DNA of 62,824 nucleotides from Myxococcota bacterium (lineage in GTDB: Bacteria > Myxococcota_A > Polyangia > Polyangiales > Sandaracinaceae). The notes beneath the pieces were generated by a model that was not told the DNA's origin, did not search any database, and saw only the letters and a program-made list of their open reading frames with translations. The DNA lies in the NCBI GenBank assembly GCA_036149055.1, contig JAYZQJ010000283.1, positions 1 to 62,824 of the forward strand, in the 5' to 3' direction. A program made the translations under genes and the position numbers. Below are positions 24,002 to 38,138 of this stretch, piece after piece (the stretch's first letter is position 1; every line of letters begins with the position of its first letter).

Positions 24002-24480
24002 AGCAGGCCGAGCTCGAGCTTCGCCTCGTCGGTCATCCGGTCCTTGGTCCACGGGGGGCTCCAGGTGAGCTTCACGTGGGAGGTGCGCACGCCGCTCACG
24101 CCGCCCACCTTCTCCGCCACCTCGCGCACCAGCGTCCCGGCCACCGGGCAGCCCGGCGCGGTCAGGGTCATCTCGATCTCGACGTTCTTCTCGTCGTCGA
24201 TCTCCACCCCGTAGATGAGCCCGAGGTCGTAGAGGTTGAGCGGGATCTCCGGGTCGTAGACGGTCTTGAGCGCCTCGACGATCCGCTCCTCGAGCTCCGC
24301 GTTCGGGACCTCCTCCGAGACCTCGCCGCTGCCGGCCGAGAACTCGTCGACCCGCTCGCTCTCCGGGCGCTGCCCCACCACCCCGAGCGACACCTTGCCG
24401 TGCTCACGCCTGATGAGCTCCGGGTCGATGCGCTTGGTCTTGAGGTGCTCGATGTCGTCGGCCACGGTCACCGCCTTCAC
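23998..24480 (-). CDS. sufT: DUF59/SufT Fe-S assembly protein
   Basis: [34 protein letters not shown]; start uncertain (24480 or 24465). Confidence 0.85.
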   Translation of the reverse strand: MKAVTVADDIEHLKTKRIDPELIRREHGKVSLGVVGQRPESERVDEFSAGSGEVSEEVPNAELEERIVEALKTVYDPEIPLNLYDLGLIYGVEIDDEKNVEIEMTLTAPGCPVAGTLVREVAEKVGGVSGVRTSHVKLTWSPPWTKDRMTDEAKLELGLL

Positions 24481-24926
24481 TCGGTCGAGACCTCGTCCTG
24501 GCCCTCGAGCGCCGCGGTCAGCGTGTGCCAGGCGAGGGTCGCGCACTTCACGCGCATCGGGAACTCGGCCACGCCGGCGAACACGCTCAGCGTCTCGAGC
24601 TCCTCGTCGAGGAGGTCGGGCTCGGCCTCGCCCTTCACCATGGCGAGGAAGGTGTCGAAGTACTGCTTCGCCTCGGCGAGCGTCTTGCCCTTGACCGCCT
24701 CGGTCATCGTCGAGGCGCTCGCGGTGCTGATCGCGCAGCCCTGGCCCTGGAAGCCGACGTCGCGGATCACGTCGCCCTCGACCTCGATCTTCACGGTGAT
24801 CTTGTCGCCGCAGAGCGGGTTGTAGCCGTCGGCCTCGTGGGTGGCGCCGTCGGGGAACCGGAAGTTCCGCGGGTTCTTCCCGTGGTCCAGCACGTACTCC
24901 TGGTACAGCTCGCGCAGCTCGCTCAC
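24477..24926 (-). CDS. sufU: SufU (NifU-like) protein
   Basis: NPLCGD, GCAISTASAS, RVKCATLAW; GTG 24926 overlaps the sufS stop. Confidence 0.92.
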   Translation of the reverse strand: MSELRELYQEYVLDHGKNPRNFRFPDGATHEADGYNPLCGDKITVKIEVEGDVIRDVGFQGQGCAISTASASTMTEAVKGKTLAEAKQYFDTFLAMVKGEAEPDLLDEELETLSVFAGVAEFPMRVKCATLAWHTLTAALEGQDEVSTE

Positions 24927-26182
24927 GAGAACATCTCCTGAACCTTCACCAGCGCCTTCACCAGCGCGTCGAGGTCGGCCTCGGTGTTGTAGACGCCCAG
25001 CGAGGCGCGCGCGGTGGCGGGGATGCCGAAGCGCTCCATCACCGGCTGCGTGCAGTGGTGCCCGGTGCGGATGGCCACGCCCTCCGCGTCGACGATGGTG
25101 CCGATGTCGTGCGGGTGCGCGTCGTCCATCACGAACGAGAGCACGCCGATCTTCTCGGGCGCGGTGCCCACGAGCCGGAGGCCCTTCACCGTCTTCAGCG
25201 CCTCGGTGCCGTAGGCGAGCAGCTCCTGCTCGCGCCGGGCCACGTTCTCGCGGCCGAGCGCCTCGAGGTAGTCGATCGCCGCCCCGAGCCCGATCGCGCC
25301 CGCGATGTTCGGCGTGCCCGCCTCGAACTTCGTCGGCGTCGAGGCGTAGGTGGTCTTCTCGAAGGTGACCGAGCGGATCATGTCGCCGCCGCCCTGGTAG
25401 GGCTCCGCCTCGTTCAGCAGCTCCGCGCGGCCCCAGAGGGCGCCGACGCCGGTCGGCCCGTAGACCTTGTGACCGCTGAACACGTAGAAGTCGCAGCCGA
25501 TCGCCTGCACGTCGACCGGCACGTGCGGCGCCGCCTGCGCGCCGTCGAGCAGCACCTTGGCGCCCACCGCGTGGGCTCGCTCGGTGATCTCGCGGACCGG
25601 GAGCACCGTGCCGAGGCTGTTCGACACGTGGCTGCACGCGACGAGCTTCACGCGCTCGTCGAGCTTGGCCTCCACGTCCTCGAGCCGGACCTCGCCGGCG
25701 TCGGTGATCGGCACCACCGAGAGCTCCGCGCCGGTCTGCTGGCAGAGGATCTGCCAGGGCACGATGTTGCTGTGGTGCTCGAGCCCGGTGATCAGGATCC
25801 GGTCTCCGGCGCCGAGCCGCGGTCGCGCCCACGCCTGGGCGACGAGGTTGACGCCCTCGGTGCAGCCGCGGACGAAGACGACCTCCTTCTTCTGCGGCGC
25901 GTTGAGGAAGGCCTGCACCTTCCCCCGGGCCGCTTCGTAGGCGATCGTCGCGCGCTGGCTCAGCATGTGGACGGCGCGGTGGATGTTGGCGCAGTCCTCG
26001 GCGTAGACCTTGGTGACCGCGTCGATCACCGCCTGCGGCTTGAGCGCGGTCGCCGCGCTGTCGAGGTAGACGAGCGGCTTGCCGTGCACCTGCTGGTGCA
26101 GGGCCGGGAAGTCGCGCCGCACGCGCTCGGCGTCGACGGCGGGCGAGGTGGCCGCGGAGGGCTGCGTGGCGAGCTCGGTCAT
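24923..26182 (-). CDS. sufS: SufS cysteine desulfurase
   Basis: YLDSAATALKP, FSGHKVYGPTG, RTGHHCTQP. Confidence 0.95.
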   Translation of the reverse strand: MTELATQPSAATSPAVDAERVRRDFPALHQQVHGKPLVYLDSAATALKPQAVIDAVTKVYAEDCANIHRAVHMLSQRATIAYEAARGKVQAFLNAPQKKEVVFVRGCTEGVNLVAQAWARPRLGAGDRILITGLEHHSNIVPWQILCQQTGAELSVVPITDAGEVRLEDVEAKLDERVKLVACSHVSNSLGTVLPVREITERAHAVGAKVLLDGAQAAPHVPVDVQAIGCDFYVFSGHKVYGPTGVGALWGRAELLNEAEPYQGGGDMIRSVTFEKTTYASTPTKFEAGTPNIAGAIGLGAAIDYLEALGRENVARREQELLAYGTEALKTVKGLRLVGTAPEKIGVLSFVMDDAHPHDIGTIVDAEGVAIRTGHHCTQPVMERFGIPATARASLGVYNTEADLDALVKALVKVQEMFS

Positions 26183-27479
26183 TCGGTCAGCTCCCGGATG
26201 GCGTCCCCGTGGGGCAGCCGGTCGAGCACCCGATCGCTCGCGCGCTTCACGAGCGGCGCGTGCGCGATGCGGTCGATCAGCTCCCGCACGAAGGCGAACG
26301 TCAGGATGTCCCGCGCCTGGCTCTCGGGGACGCCGCGCGAGCGCATGTAGAAGAGCGAGCTCTCGTCGACGGTCCCGATGGTCGCGCCGTGGCTCGCCGA
26401 GATGTCGTCCGCGTCGATCTCGAGGTGCGGCTTGGTGTCGATGGTCGCGTCGTCGCTGAGCAGGAGGTTGCGGTTCTCCTGGTGCGCGGCCGACTGCTGC
26501 GCGTCGCGCTGTACGATGCCCATCGCGTTGAACACGGCGTGGCCGCGCCCGTCGAGCAGCCCGCGGTAGCGCACGTGGCTCGTGCAGTGACCGGCCGCGT
26601 GCTCGACCCGGACCTGGTGGTCCACGTGCTCGGATCCGTCGACGTGGTAGACGCCGTCGAGGTGGGCCTCGCTGCCGGGCCCGATGAAGCGGGTGGTCAG
26701 CTCGAGCCGCGTCAGCCCGCCGCCGAGGCTCACCACCCGCGAGCCGTAGAAGGCGTCGCGGTCGAGCGCCACGCTGAGGTAGGCGAGCTGCAGCGCCCGC
26801 GGCGTGCCGTCGGTGATCCGCGCGTGATCCAGCCGCGCGTTCGCGCCGACCTGCACCTCGCAGACCGTGTTGGTCAGGTGCTTGGCCTCGCCGTCGCGCG
26901 TCAGGAAGCTCTCCACCAGGGTCGCCTGGCTGCCCTCGCGAGCCAGCACGACGACCCGCGGATAGCTGGCCTTCGGCGCCGCGCCCGGGCTCGCCACGTG
27001 CACCAGGTGCACCGGCGTCTCGACCACGGCGTTCTTCTCGAACACCACCACGGCGCCGTCCTCGAAGAGCGCCGAGCTCAGGGCGGCGAAGTGCTCGGCC
27101 GGCGCGAGCTTGCCGAGCACCGGCTCCACCAGCGACGGCTCGTTCTCGAGCACCTCGGCGAGCGAGCGCACGCTGACGCCCGCGGGGGCGCCCGATACGG
27201 CGGCGAGCCGGCCCTCCGCCAGGACCAGGCGGAACGTGCCGTCATCGCCGAGCGCCTCGTCCACGAACGCCTGCGCGCCGTCGTCGGCCTCCGCGGTCTC
27301 GTAGGTCGTCCCGACCACGTCGCGGACCGACGTGAAGCGCCACGCCTCGTGCTTCTTGCCGGGGAAGCCCGTGCTGCGCAGCGTCGCCGTCGCCTCTCGG
27401 CGCAGCCCTTGGAGCCACTCCGGGCCCTCGCCCCGCGGCTCGGCGGGCACCGCCGCCATCAACCCTTCCACGCGATCCG

Positions 27480-27483
<4 letters not shown>
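26179..27483 (-). CDS. sufD: SufD
   Basis: EAWRFT, KPHLEIDADD..ASHGATIG, FYMRSRG. Confidence 0.93.
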
Positions 27484-28226
<743 letters not shown>

Positions 28227-28247
28227 TGTTCTCTCTCGTGATCGCGG

Positions 28248-29686
<1,439 letters not shown>

Positions 29687-29690
<4 letters not shown>

Positions 29691-30160
29691 GACTCGATGA
29701 CCTCTGGACGGGGCTCCGTCCGCTTGCGACCGAGGTTGACGAGGACCGGCGGCGCCGGCCTCGCCATCTCGGCGAGAGAGATCCCCTCGAGGGCCGAGAG
29801 GATCGCTTGGTTGATGAGCTGCCAGTTGCCGCGCACGTCGCACTGGCCGCTGAGGGAGCAGTCGTGGTGCTCCTCGATCCCGCACTCGGTGACGCCGATC
29901 GGCCCCTCGAGGGTGGCGATGATCTCGGCCACCGAGATCTCGCCCGGGGTCCGCGCGAGCCGGTAGCCGCCGTGCGCGCCCCGGACGCTGTCGACGAGCT
30001 CGGCCCGCCCGAGGACCTTGAGGATCTTGCTCACCGTGGGCTGGGGGATGCCGGTCTCGCTCGCCAGATCGCTCGCGCTCCGGAGGTGACCCTCCTCGAG
30101 CGCGGCCAGCCGCGTGCCGAGCACGACGCCGTAGTCTGCAATCCGGGAGATTCGAAGCAT
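29687..30160 (-). CDS. Rrf2-family SUF regulator
   Basis: [21 protein letters not shown], three Cys (EC..C..C); first gene of the suf operon. Confidence 0.9.
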
Positions 30161-30177
30161 TTCGGGGGCCTTCGCCG

Positions 30178-30250
30178 ATACCGTACCGTGTGGGTCCGGT
30201 ATAGGGCCCCGGGGGCCCCGCGTCCATCACGGACCGGCGTGGTCCCCTAT
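30178..30250. promoter_or_regulatory. Two 25-bp dyad operators upstream of rrf2-suf
   Basis: ATACCGTACC-N5-GGTCCGGTAT (30178-30202) and ATCACGGACC-N5-GGTCCCCTAT (30226-30250). Confidence 0.65.
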
Positions 30251-30269
30251 ACCGCTCCCCGGATGGGGG

Positions 30270-30644
30270 TCAAGCCTGGTCCTCGCGGGGCGTGAACGAG
30301 GTGCCGCAGCCGCAGTCCTTGGCCGCGTTGGGGTTCTTCCAGCGGAAGCCGTACTCGACGAGGCTGTCGTTCCAGTCGAGCACCGAGCCGGCGAGGTACT
30401 TGAGGCTGCGTCGGTCCACGAGCAGGGTCAGGCCGTCGATCTTGGCCACCAGATCGCGCTTCTCGCGCACGTCGTCGGCGAACTCGAAGTGGTAGAGCAG
30501 CCCCGAGCAGCCGCCGCCCTTCACGCCGACCCGGATTCCGAGGTGGCCGCCGCCGGCCTCCTCGAGCTTCTGCTTGCCCATCTCGATCGCGCGCGTGGTG
30601 ACCGAGATCGGGATCTCGTCGCTGACGGGGGAGAGCTCGCTCAT
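30270..30644 (-). CDS. iscA: IscA/HesB A-type Fe-S carrier
   Basis: GGGCSG and NPNAAKDCGCGTSF; TATGGT 6 nt before ATG 30644. Confidence 0.92.
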   Translation of the reverse strand: MSELSPVSDEIPISVTTRAIEMGKQKLEEAGGGHLGIRVGVKGGGCSGLLYHFEFADDVREKRDLVAKIDGLTLLVDRRSLKYLAGSVLDWNDSLVEYGFRWKNPNAAKDCGCGTSFTPREDQA

Positions 30645-30874
30645 GCCCAGACCATAGGTCGCGGGGACCTCAGCGTCACTAGGGAGGCCGACCCGACAGG
30701 CCGTCGGCTGACCCTCACAGATCCTGAACAAGGATTCTCGGGTTGTCAGACATTCGCAAGTCTGCAAGCGTCCGTCCCGCTGGACGTGAGGGAATCGCGG
30801 TGTTCGCGGAAACCTCGGGCCGCTCGTGACGATGGGGGTGGCGCTTTCCGAGACGGAGAGCGCTGGAGGGACGA

Positions 30875-33481
<2,607 letters not shown>

Positions 33482-33500
33482 GATAGCGGTTGCGTCGATG

Positions 33501-33530
33501 GGCCCGCTGGACTACACCAGCGGGCCTTTC
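33501..33530 (+). terminator. Stem-loop between the lipoprotein gene and the tRNA, overlapping a possible tRNA promoter
   Basis: GGCCCGCTGG-actaca-CCAGCGGGCC-TTTC; TTGCGT-17-TACACC (33490-33518) overlaps it. Confidence 0.55.
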
Positions 33531-33604
33531 GGGCTCTTAGCTCAGCTGGATAGAGCGTCGGCCTCCGGAGCCGAAGGTCACAGGTTCGAATCCTGTAGAG
33601 CCCG
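33531..33604 (+). tRNA. tRNA-Arg(CCG)
   Basis: Acceptor GGGCTCT/AGAGCCC, D-arm TAGCTCAGCTGGATAGAGC, anticodon stem TCGGC/GCCGA with loop CTCCGGA, T-loop GTTCGAATC; CCA not encoded. Confidence 0.97.
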
Positions 33605-35198
33605 CTTCCCCCGAATCCCCCGCAATCCCGGGGGGTTCACCCCCTCCGCCGGACCGCACAAGCGCGCCAATCGTTGCCCCCCTCGCGGGCAACCGTGGGC
33701 AACCGGCGTCGTCCTCGGCGCCGATCACTCGCTCGCGCTGGTCAGCGGGGACAAACTCCCGCTTTTCGGGGGCCCCGGGTGCGTTTGAGCCTGGTTTTTT
33801 CGGCACGAAACGGCGGGGACGAACTTCGCTCCGCGCAGCGCGCGCAAAGTCGCCCCCGACGGCACTCGCGGCGCCGCTTCGCTCGGGGTTTCCCGGGGAA
33901 TCCCAGCGCGCGCGAACGGTGCGCGCGAAGTCGCCCTCCGGAGCGCCCGGAGCGCCGCTTCGCCCTGCGTTTCCCGAGGCGTCACGGTGCGCGCGAACCT
34001 CGCCTCCCGGAGGGGCGTGCGTCGGGCCCGTGGGCGTCGCCGCGGCCGCGGCCGCCAGCGCGTCCAGCGCGCGCCGGACGTAGCGCTCCGTGTTGCGCTG
34101 GTCGGCGTGGGCGAGCATCTGTTGGATCTCGTGGAGCGACCACGCGCGGCCCCACGTGCCGATCGCCAGATGCGTCGCGCATGTCCCCCGCAAGTCGTGG
34201 AACCTGATCCGGCGGTCGACGCCGGCGAGCTCGAGCGCGCTCGGTCGGCGGGGCCGCCCCTTCTCGCGCTTCTCGCTCCATCGGAAGTCCTCGCGCTTCG
34301 ACGCGTAGCGGAGGCCATCGCGGTTCGGGAACAGCCACCGCGAGCCCGGGGGAAGGGCGGCGACGTGCGCCTCGAGCCAGGGGCGGAGCCAGGGCATGAC
34401 CGGTATACGGTGCCACCGCTCCGACTTCGACACCCACACGAGCACGTGGGGGCCTCGCTCCGGATCGTCGAGGCGCACGCGCTCGAGCTCGAGGGCCTTG
34501 AGGTCGTTCAACCGGAGGGCGAGGCCGATCGCCGCCGCGTACACGGTCCGGTTGCGCAGCGAGAGCGCCTCGCACGCGAGTAGCCGGTCGAGCTCCTCGG
34601 CCCGGAGCCAGTCGTCTTCGACATTCCGCGCGCGGACCTTCACCCGCACCAGGGCGGCGGGGTTCGGGCGGTCCGCGATGATCTCGGCCCTCACCGCTTC
34701 GTCGAGGACCTGTTTCACCAGGCGGAGCGCGTGGCGCTGCACCTGCGTCGAGATCGTGCCGACCCCGGGCCGTAGCTTCGTCCCGTCGCGGGTGCGGATC
34801 GCCTTCACCTTCGGCCGCTTCCGGAGCCACCGGACGAAGGCCTCGACGTCCGCGGTGCGGATCGCGTCGAGGGGTAGGGCGGCGAGCTCGCTGGGCGCGA
34901 CGTGACGCCGCCAAACCGAGCGCTCCGAGGCGATGGAACGCACGCGCTCCCGCTGGTCGGAGCCCTCGAGCTCGCGGCGGTCGAGCCAGTCGTCGCCGAA
35001 GGCCCGGAGCGTGACCGCGCTCGGCGCGAGGATGGCCGCGTCCCGGACTTCCGCGTTGAAGGCGGCGAGCATCCCCTCCGCGCGCTCGCGGTCATCGAAC
35101 GTCCCGAGGCTCTTGCGCTTGCCGTCGATCGTCACCCGGACGCGCCAGCGCCCGGACGCGGTCGGCTCGATCGTCCCGCTTCCGTTCGCCCGCTTCAC
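33537..35198 (-). CDS. int: Tyrosine integrase, integrated form; reads through attL and stops inside the tRNA gene
   Basis: N-terminal RANGSGTI..GRWRVRV arm-binding-like domain; catalytic R (ALRLNDL), K (SKS), HDLR, LAH and Y (TERY); GTGA-coupled start. Confidence 0.93.
   Translation of the reverse strand: MKRANGSGTIEPTASGRWRVRVTIDGKRKSLGTFDDRERAEGMLAAFNAEVRDAAILAPSAVTLRAFGDDWLDRRELEGSDQRERVRSIASERSVWRRHVAPSELAALPLDAIRTADVEAFVRWLRKRPKVKAIRTRDGTKLRPGVGTISTQVQRHALRLVKQVLDEAVRAEIIADRPNPAALVRVKVRARNVEDDWLRAEELDRLLACEALSLRNRTVYAAAIGLALRLNDLKALELERVRLDDPERGPHVLVWVSKSERWHRIPVMPWLRPWLEAHVAALPPGSRWLFPNRDGLRYASKREDFRWSEKREKGRPRRPSALELAGVDRRIRFHDLRGTCATHLAIGTWGRAWSLHEIQQMLAHADQRNTERYVRRALDALAAAAAATPTGPTHAPPGGEVRAHRDASGNAGRSGAPGAPEGDFARTVRARWDSPGNPERSGAASAVGGDFARAARSEVRPRRFVPKKPGSNAPGAPEKREFVPADQRERVIGAEDDAGCPRLPARGATIGALVRSGGGGEPPGIAGDSGEAGSTGFEPVTFGSGGRRSIQLS
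33560..33611 (+). repeat. attL core (3' part of tRNA-Arg)
   Basis: GGCCTCCGGAGCCGAAGGTCACAGGTTCGAATCCTGTAGAGCCCGCTTCCCC, identical to 49967-50018. Confidence 0.96.
33613..33638 (+). terminator. Element-supplied hairpin just after the tRNA
   Basis: GAATCCCCCG-caatcc-CGGGGGGTTC. Confidence 0.5.
33841..34002. repeat. Two imperfect 81-bp tandem units within the int 3' extension
   Basis: cgcgcRaagtcgccc...gcgccgcttcgc...gtttcccg..gcgcgcgaac starting at 33841 and 33922. Confidence 0.7.
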
Positions 35199-35473
35199 CG
35201 CTTCGGCTCCCTCACGATCAGGCCCATCTTACGGGCGAGCTTGCGGGCCGCGGCCCGGTCGGTGTCGGAGACCTCGACGGGACCGCGGCGGGGCGGCGCC
35301 TTCGCGCTCCTCGCCGGCGCCTTCTCGGGGTTGGCGTCGCGCCGGCCGAGGGCCTCGCGGAGCGCGCGGAGCTCCTCGCGCTGGGCGCGGATCTCCTCGC
35401 CCTGCTCTCGGACGGCGCCGAGCAGCTCGAGGAGCAGCCCGGCGCCGTCGAGGTCCTCGGCCGGCTCGCTCAT
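35195..35473 (-). CDS. Small coiled-coil/basic protein coupled to int (possible directionality factor)
   Basis: GGAGG RBS, ATG 35473, stop overlaps the int start. Confidence 0.7.
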   Translation of the reverse strand: MSEPAEDLDGAGLLLELLGAVREQGEEIRAQREELRALREALGRRDANPEKAPARSAKAPPRRGPVEVSDTDRAAARKLARKMGLIVREPKR

Positions 35474-36069
35474 CGGACCGCGTCCTCCCCCGCGTACCAG
35501 CGCGCCACCGCGCTCCGGAGCGCCTCCTCGCGATCCCACGCGGTGATCGTGACGGTCCGGGTGGAACCGCCGCGGCCCCGCCCGCGCGCCCTGGCGCCCC
35601 ACCGCCCCGCCTCGCGGCAGGGGTAGACGAGGACCTCCACGATGGCGCCGAGGGCGGCACCGCCGGTCGGCGGGGTGGTGTCCACCTTTCGCGCGGAGCC
35701 CGATCCGGTGTCGATTCTGAAGTTCGGGGACGGATCGGCGGTGGCTTGTGAAGTTTCGCGGCCCTCATCTGAGAGGGGCGAAAGTAAACCGGAGCTCCCC
35801 GCGAAGTCCTCGGCCTCCGCCAACCGGTCGCGCATCTCGCGCTCGGCTCGCCTCGAGGCTCCGAGGGCCCCGGCATCCCCGCGGAGCGCGTCGGCGATCC
35901 GGTGGGCAGAGACGGCGCCCGCGCGGAGAGCGAGGGCGACGGCGCCGGCGACGGGCATCAGCGCGGGGCCTCCGTGGCGCAGAAGCGCGAGGAGGCGAAC
36001 CAGCACGCCGCGCAGCGCGCCGAGCTCGCGCACGGCGAGAGAGGTTCCGCCGATCGGCGCCGCTCTCAC
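35470..36069 (-). CDS. Hypothetical protein of the left operon
   Basis: GTGA overlap with the upstream stop and ATGA overlap downstream; start uncertain. Confidence 0.5.
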   Translation of the reverse strand: MRAAPIGGTSLAVRELGALRGVLVRLLALLRHGGPALMPVAGAVALALRAGAVSAHRIADALRGDAGALGASRRAEREMRDRLAEAEDFAGSSGLLSPLSDEGRETSQATADPSPNFRIDTGSGSARKVDTTPPTGGAALGAIVEVLVYPCREAGRWGARARGRGRGGSTRTVTITAWDREEALRSAVARWYAGEDAVR

Positions 36070-36764
36070 GAGGCCCTCTTCATCGGCTGCACTTCGGCGA
36101 AGACTCCGAAGCCGGCGCGCGCGGAGGCCATGATCCGGCCGACGCGCTCGACGTAGGCACGCAGCTCCCCGGGCGGCAGAGGCGCGAGGGCCTCGGCCAG
36201 AACCTCGAGCGAGGTCCCGGCGCGGACGTGGGGCGGCGGGGCCGGGACGAACGCGTCCTCCCGGAACAGCTCGCCCACCGTCGAGAACCACACGTCGAGC
36301 GGACCGCCGTCCCCCACCCATGCGAAGTCGGGGAGGTCCGCGCCCCAGCCCCGATCCCGAAGGGTGTCGACGGCCCACCGGGCTTCACTCGACACGAACC
36401 GCCGAGCCACCTCGGACGCCCCGTCCGCCAGCTGCAGCCCCTCGAGCGCGTACACCAGCGCCTTGCCCACGTCGTCCGGCTCCGCATCGCGCGTCACGTC
36501 GGCGAGCACCCCATCGAGCCCGTCGAGCTCCGCGAGGCGCTCGAGCAGCGCCAGGGACACGCGCTCGAACGGGTCGGCCCGCAACACCTCGAGCAGCAGC
36601 GCGAGGCTCAGCACGTGTACCTCGCTGCGGGGGCTGGACGGGCGCTCAGTAGACACGCCCGGGGGCGGTGTTACGCTGGTCGCGTTCGAGTCTTCACGGA
36701 CCTCGTTCAGCATCGACGCCTCGGGAGTTGCAGCTCCCGGGGCGTTCTCTTTTGTGGTTTCCAT
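36066..36764 (-). CDS. Hypothetical protein, first gene after the repressor
   Basis: GGAGG RBS; 232-aa ORF with a phage-type KENAPGAATPEA N-terminus. Confidence 0.65.
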   Translation of the reverse strand: METTKENAPGAATPEASMLNEVREDSNATSVTPPPGVSTERPSSPRSEVHVLSLALLLEVLRADPFERVSLALLERLAELDGLDGVLADVTRDAEPDDVGKALVYALEGLQLADGASEVARRFVSSEARWAVDTLRDRGWGADLPDFAWVGDGGPLDVWFSTVGELFREDAFVPAPPPHVRAGTSLEVLAEALAPLPPGELRAYVERVGRIMASARAGFGVFAEVQPMKRAS

Positions 36765-36817
36765 ATCTGCCTCCGTTGTCCCCAGTTTTGGGGAGGTGGC
36801 GGCAGTATTTGGCGTAA

Positions 36818-37444
36818 CTACTTTTCAGTCAAGGAAAGCTCGTCGGTGAGGTCGGCCAGCACCGTAGCGATGCGGCCCGGCGACACAACGAAGCCCCCCG
36901 CGCGCCCGACTTCGAGGAGCATTACCTCCACCGTCGTTTGAATCTCCAGCTCACACCGGCGGATCTCGTCAGCGGAGAACTCCTCGGGCGCGCACCGAAT
37001 GCGAGCCCAGGTTGCGCTTGATTCCATCAGAGACGCGGACAGGCTCACCCACTGGGCAGACTGAATCTCCGTGGCGAGATCCACGAGGTCTTTGAGACGG
37101 ACCCGAGCTCCCCGACGAATGGTCTGGACAAGGAACAGCCCCGCGCGCTGCCCGATTCGCAGATCAAAGGCGCCGCTGCTTGGGGAAGTGTACGTCTCTC
37201 CCAATAGCTCTCCGACAGTCACCTCGAGCGCGTCAGCCAGATCGCAGAGCTTGTCGAGCGTCGGAGATGTCTCGCCGGACTCGTACCTCTGGATGCTGTT
37301 GTACGAAACTCCGCTTGCCTTCGCCAGCTGAGCCCGCGTGAAGCCGGCATCTTCGCAGAGGCGCTGCAGGCGGTCGCCGAACTCGGAGCGCAGCGCGGCT
37401 CGGTTCAGCTCACGAAGGGACTCCGGGGACTCGTCGGCGTGCAT
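36818..37444 (-). CDS. Xre/cI-like HTH repressor
   Basis: FGDRLQRL..AGFTRAQLAKASGVSYNSIQRYESGETSPTLDKLCDLADALEV; no S24 peptidase motif seen. Confidence 0.88.
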   Translation of the reverse strand: MHADESPESLRELNRAALRSEFGDRLQRLCEDAGFTRAQLAKASGVSYNSIQRYESGETSPTLDKLCDLADALEVTVGELLGETYTSPSSGAFDLRIGQRAGLFLVQTIRRGARVRLKDLVDLATEIQSAQWVSLSASLMESSATWARIRCAPEEFSADEIRRCELEIQTTVEVMLLEVGRAGGFVVSPGRIATVLADLTDELSLTEK

Positions 37445-37520
37445 GGCGTCACCCGTTCTAGCACACCAGCCCCCACCATCTTCTTTTCAGATGTGGTGGT
37501 CTGTGTTACAGATGTGGGCC
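37445..37520. promoter_or_regulatory. Divergent switch region with direct repeats
   Basis: AT-richer 76-bp gap; CAGATGTGG at 37488-37496 and 37509-37517 (21-bp period). Confidence 0.6.
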
Positions 37521-37727
37521 ATGGATTTCCGAACGTGGGTAGGTGCGCAGCGCCGGGGCACCCTGGCTCGCATTCGTCGGGAGACCGGCCTCGGGTGGTC
37601 GACGCTGTGGCGGGCTCAGCAGGGGCACAGCGTCTCGTACCGGACGGCACGCGCGCTGAGTCTCGCGACAGGCGGTGTGGTCTCCATCGTCAGCCTCTGT
37701 GAGGCCCACGAGGTCGAGGCCGCGTGA
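37521..37727 (+). CDS. Cro-like small HTH protein
   Basis: 68 aa, divergent from the repressor; LARIRRETGLGWSTLWR...ARALSLATGGVVSIVSL. Confidence 0.8.
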   Translation: MDFRTWVGAQRRGTLARIRRETGLGWSTLWRAQQGHSVSYRTARALSLATGGVVSIVSLCEAHEVEAA

Positions 37728-37865
37728 CCCCCGCCCCCCAAAGAGAAACCCCCGCACGCTGGCAGGCGGCGGGGGCTGATACGTCCGGAGACCTCAGGAC
37801 GCGGGAGCTGACTGCCCCGATCCTACCGGTCTCCATCACCGAGCGCAACCCGCTCGAGGAGACCG

Positions 37866-38138
37866 ATGCCGATCACCACCATCACTGACCGGGCCCCGGT
37901 GCTCGAGGTCGCGCCGATCGGCGCCGCCGGTGTGCTCGCGATCGTGAGCGAGGCCCTCCGCGCCCTCGGCGAGCGGCGCGACGCGGGAGCGCGCCCCGAG
38001 GCGCTCGCGGCGGAGACGGCGGCGGCGCGCGCGTGGGCGCGCCCCGAGCGCGAGGGCCGCCGCGGAGCCGCGGCCGAGGCCGCGCGCGTGCTCGTGGCCA
38101 CGGCCGGCGACGCGATCGCCGAGGAGGGCCGCAGATGA
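37866..38138 (+). CDS. Hypothetical Ala-rich protein
   Basis: GAGGAG RBS; ATGA-coupled to the next gene. Confidence 0.65.
   Translation: MPITTITDRAPVLEVAPIGAAGVLAIVSEALRALGERRDAGARPEALAAETAAARAWARPEREGRRGAAAEAARVLVATAGDAIAEEGRR

Noticed and set aside
30721..30735. ATCCT-N5-AGGAT dyad upstream of iscA as an Rrf2 site
   Set aside because: Short, and does not match the two operators at 30178-30250.
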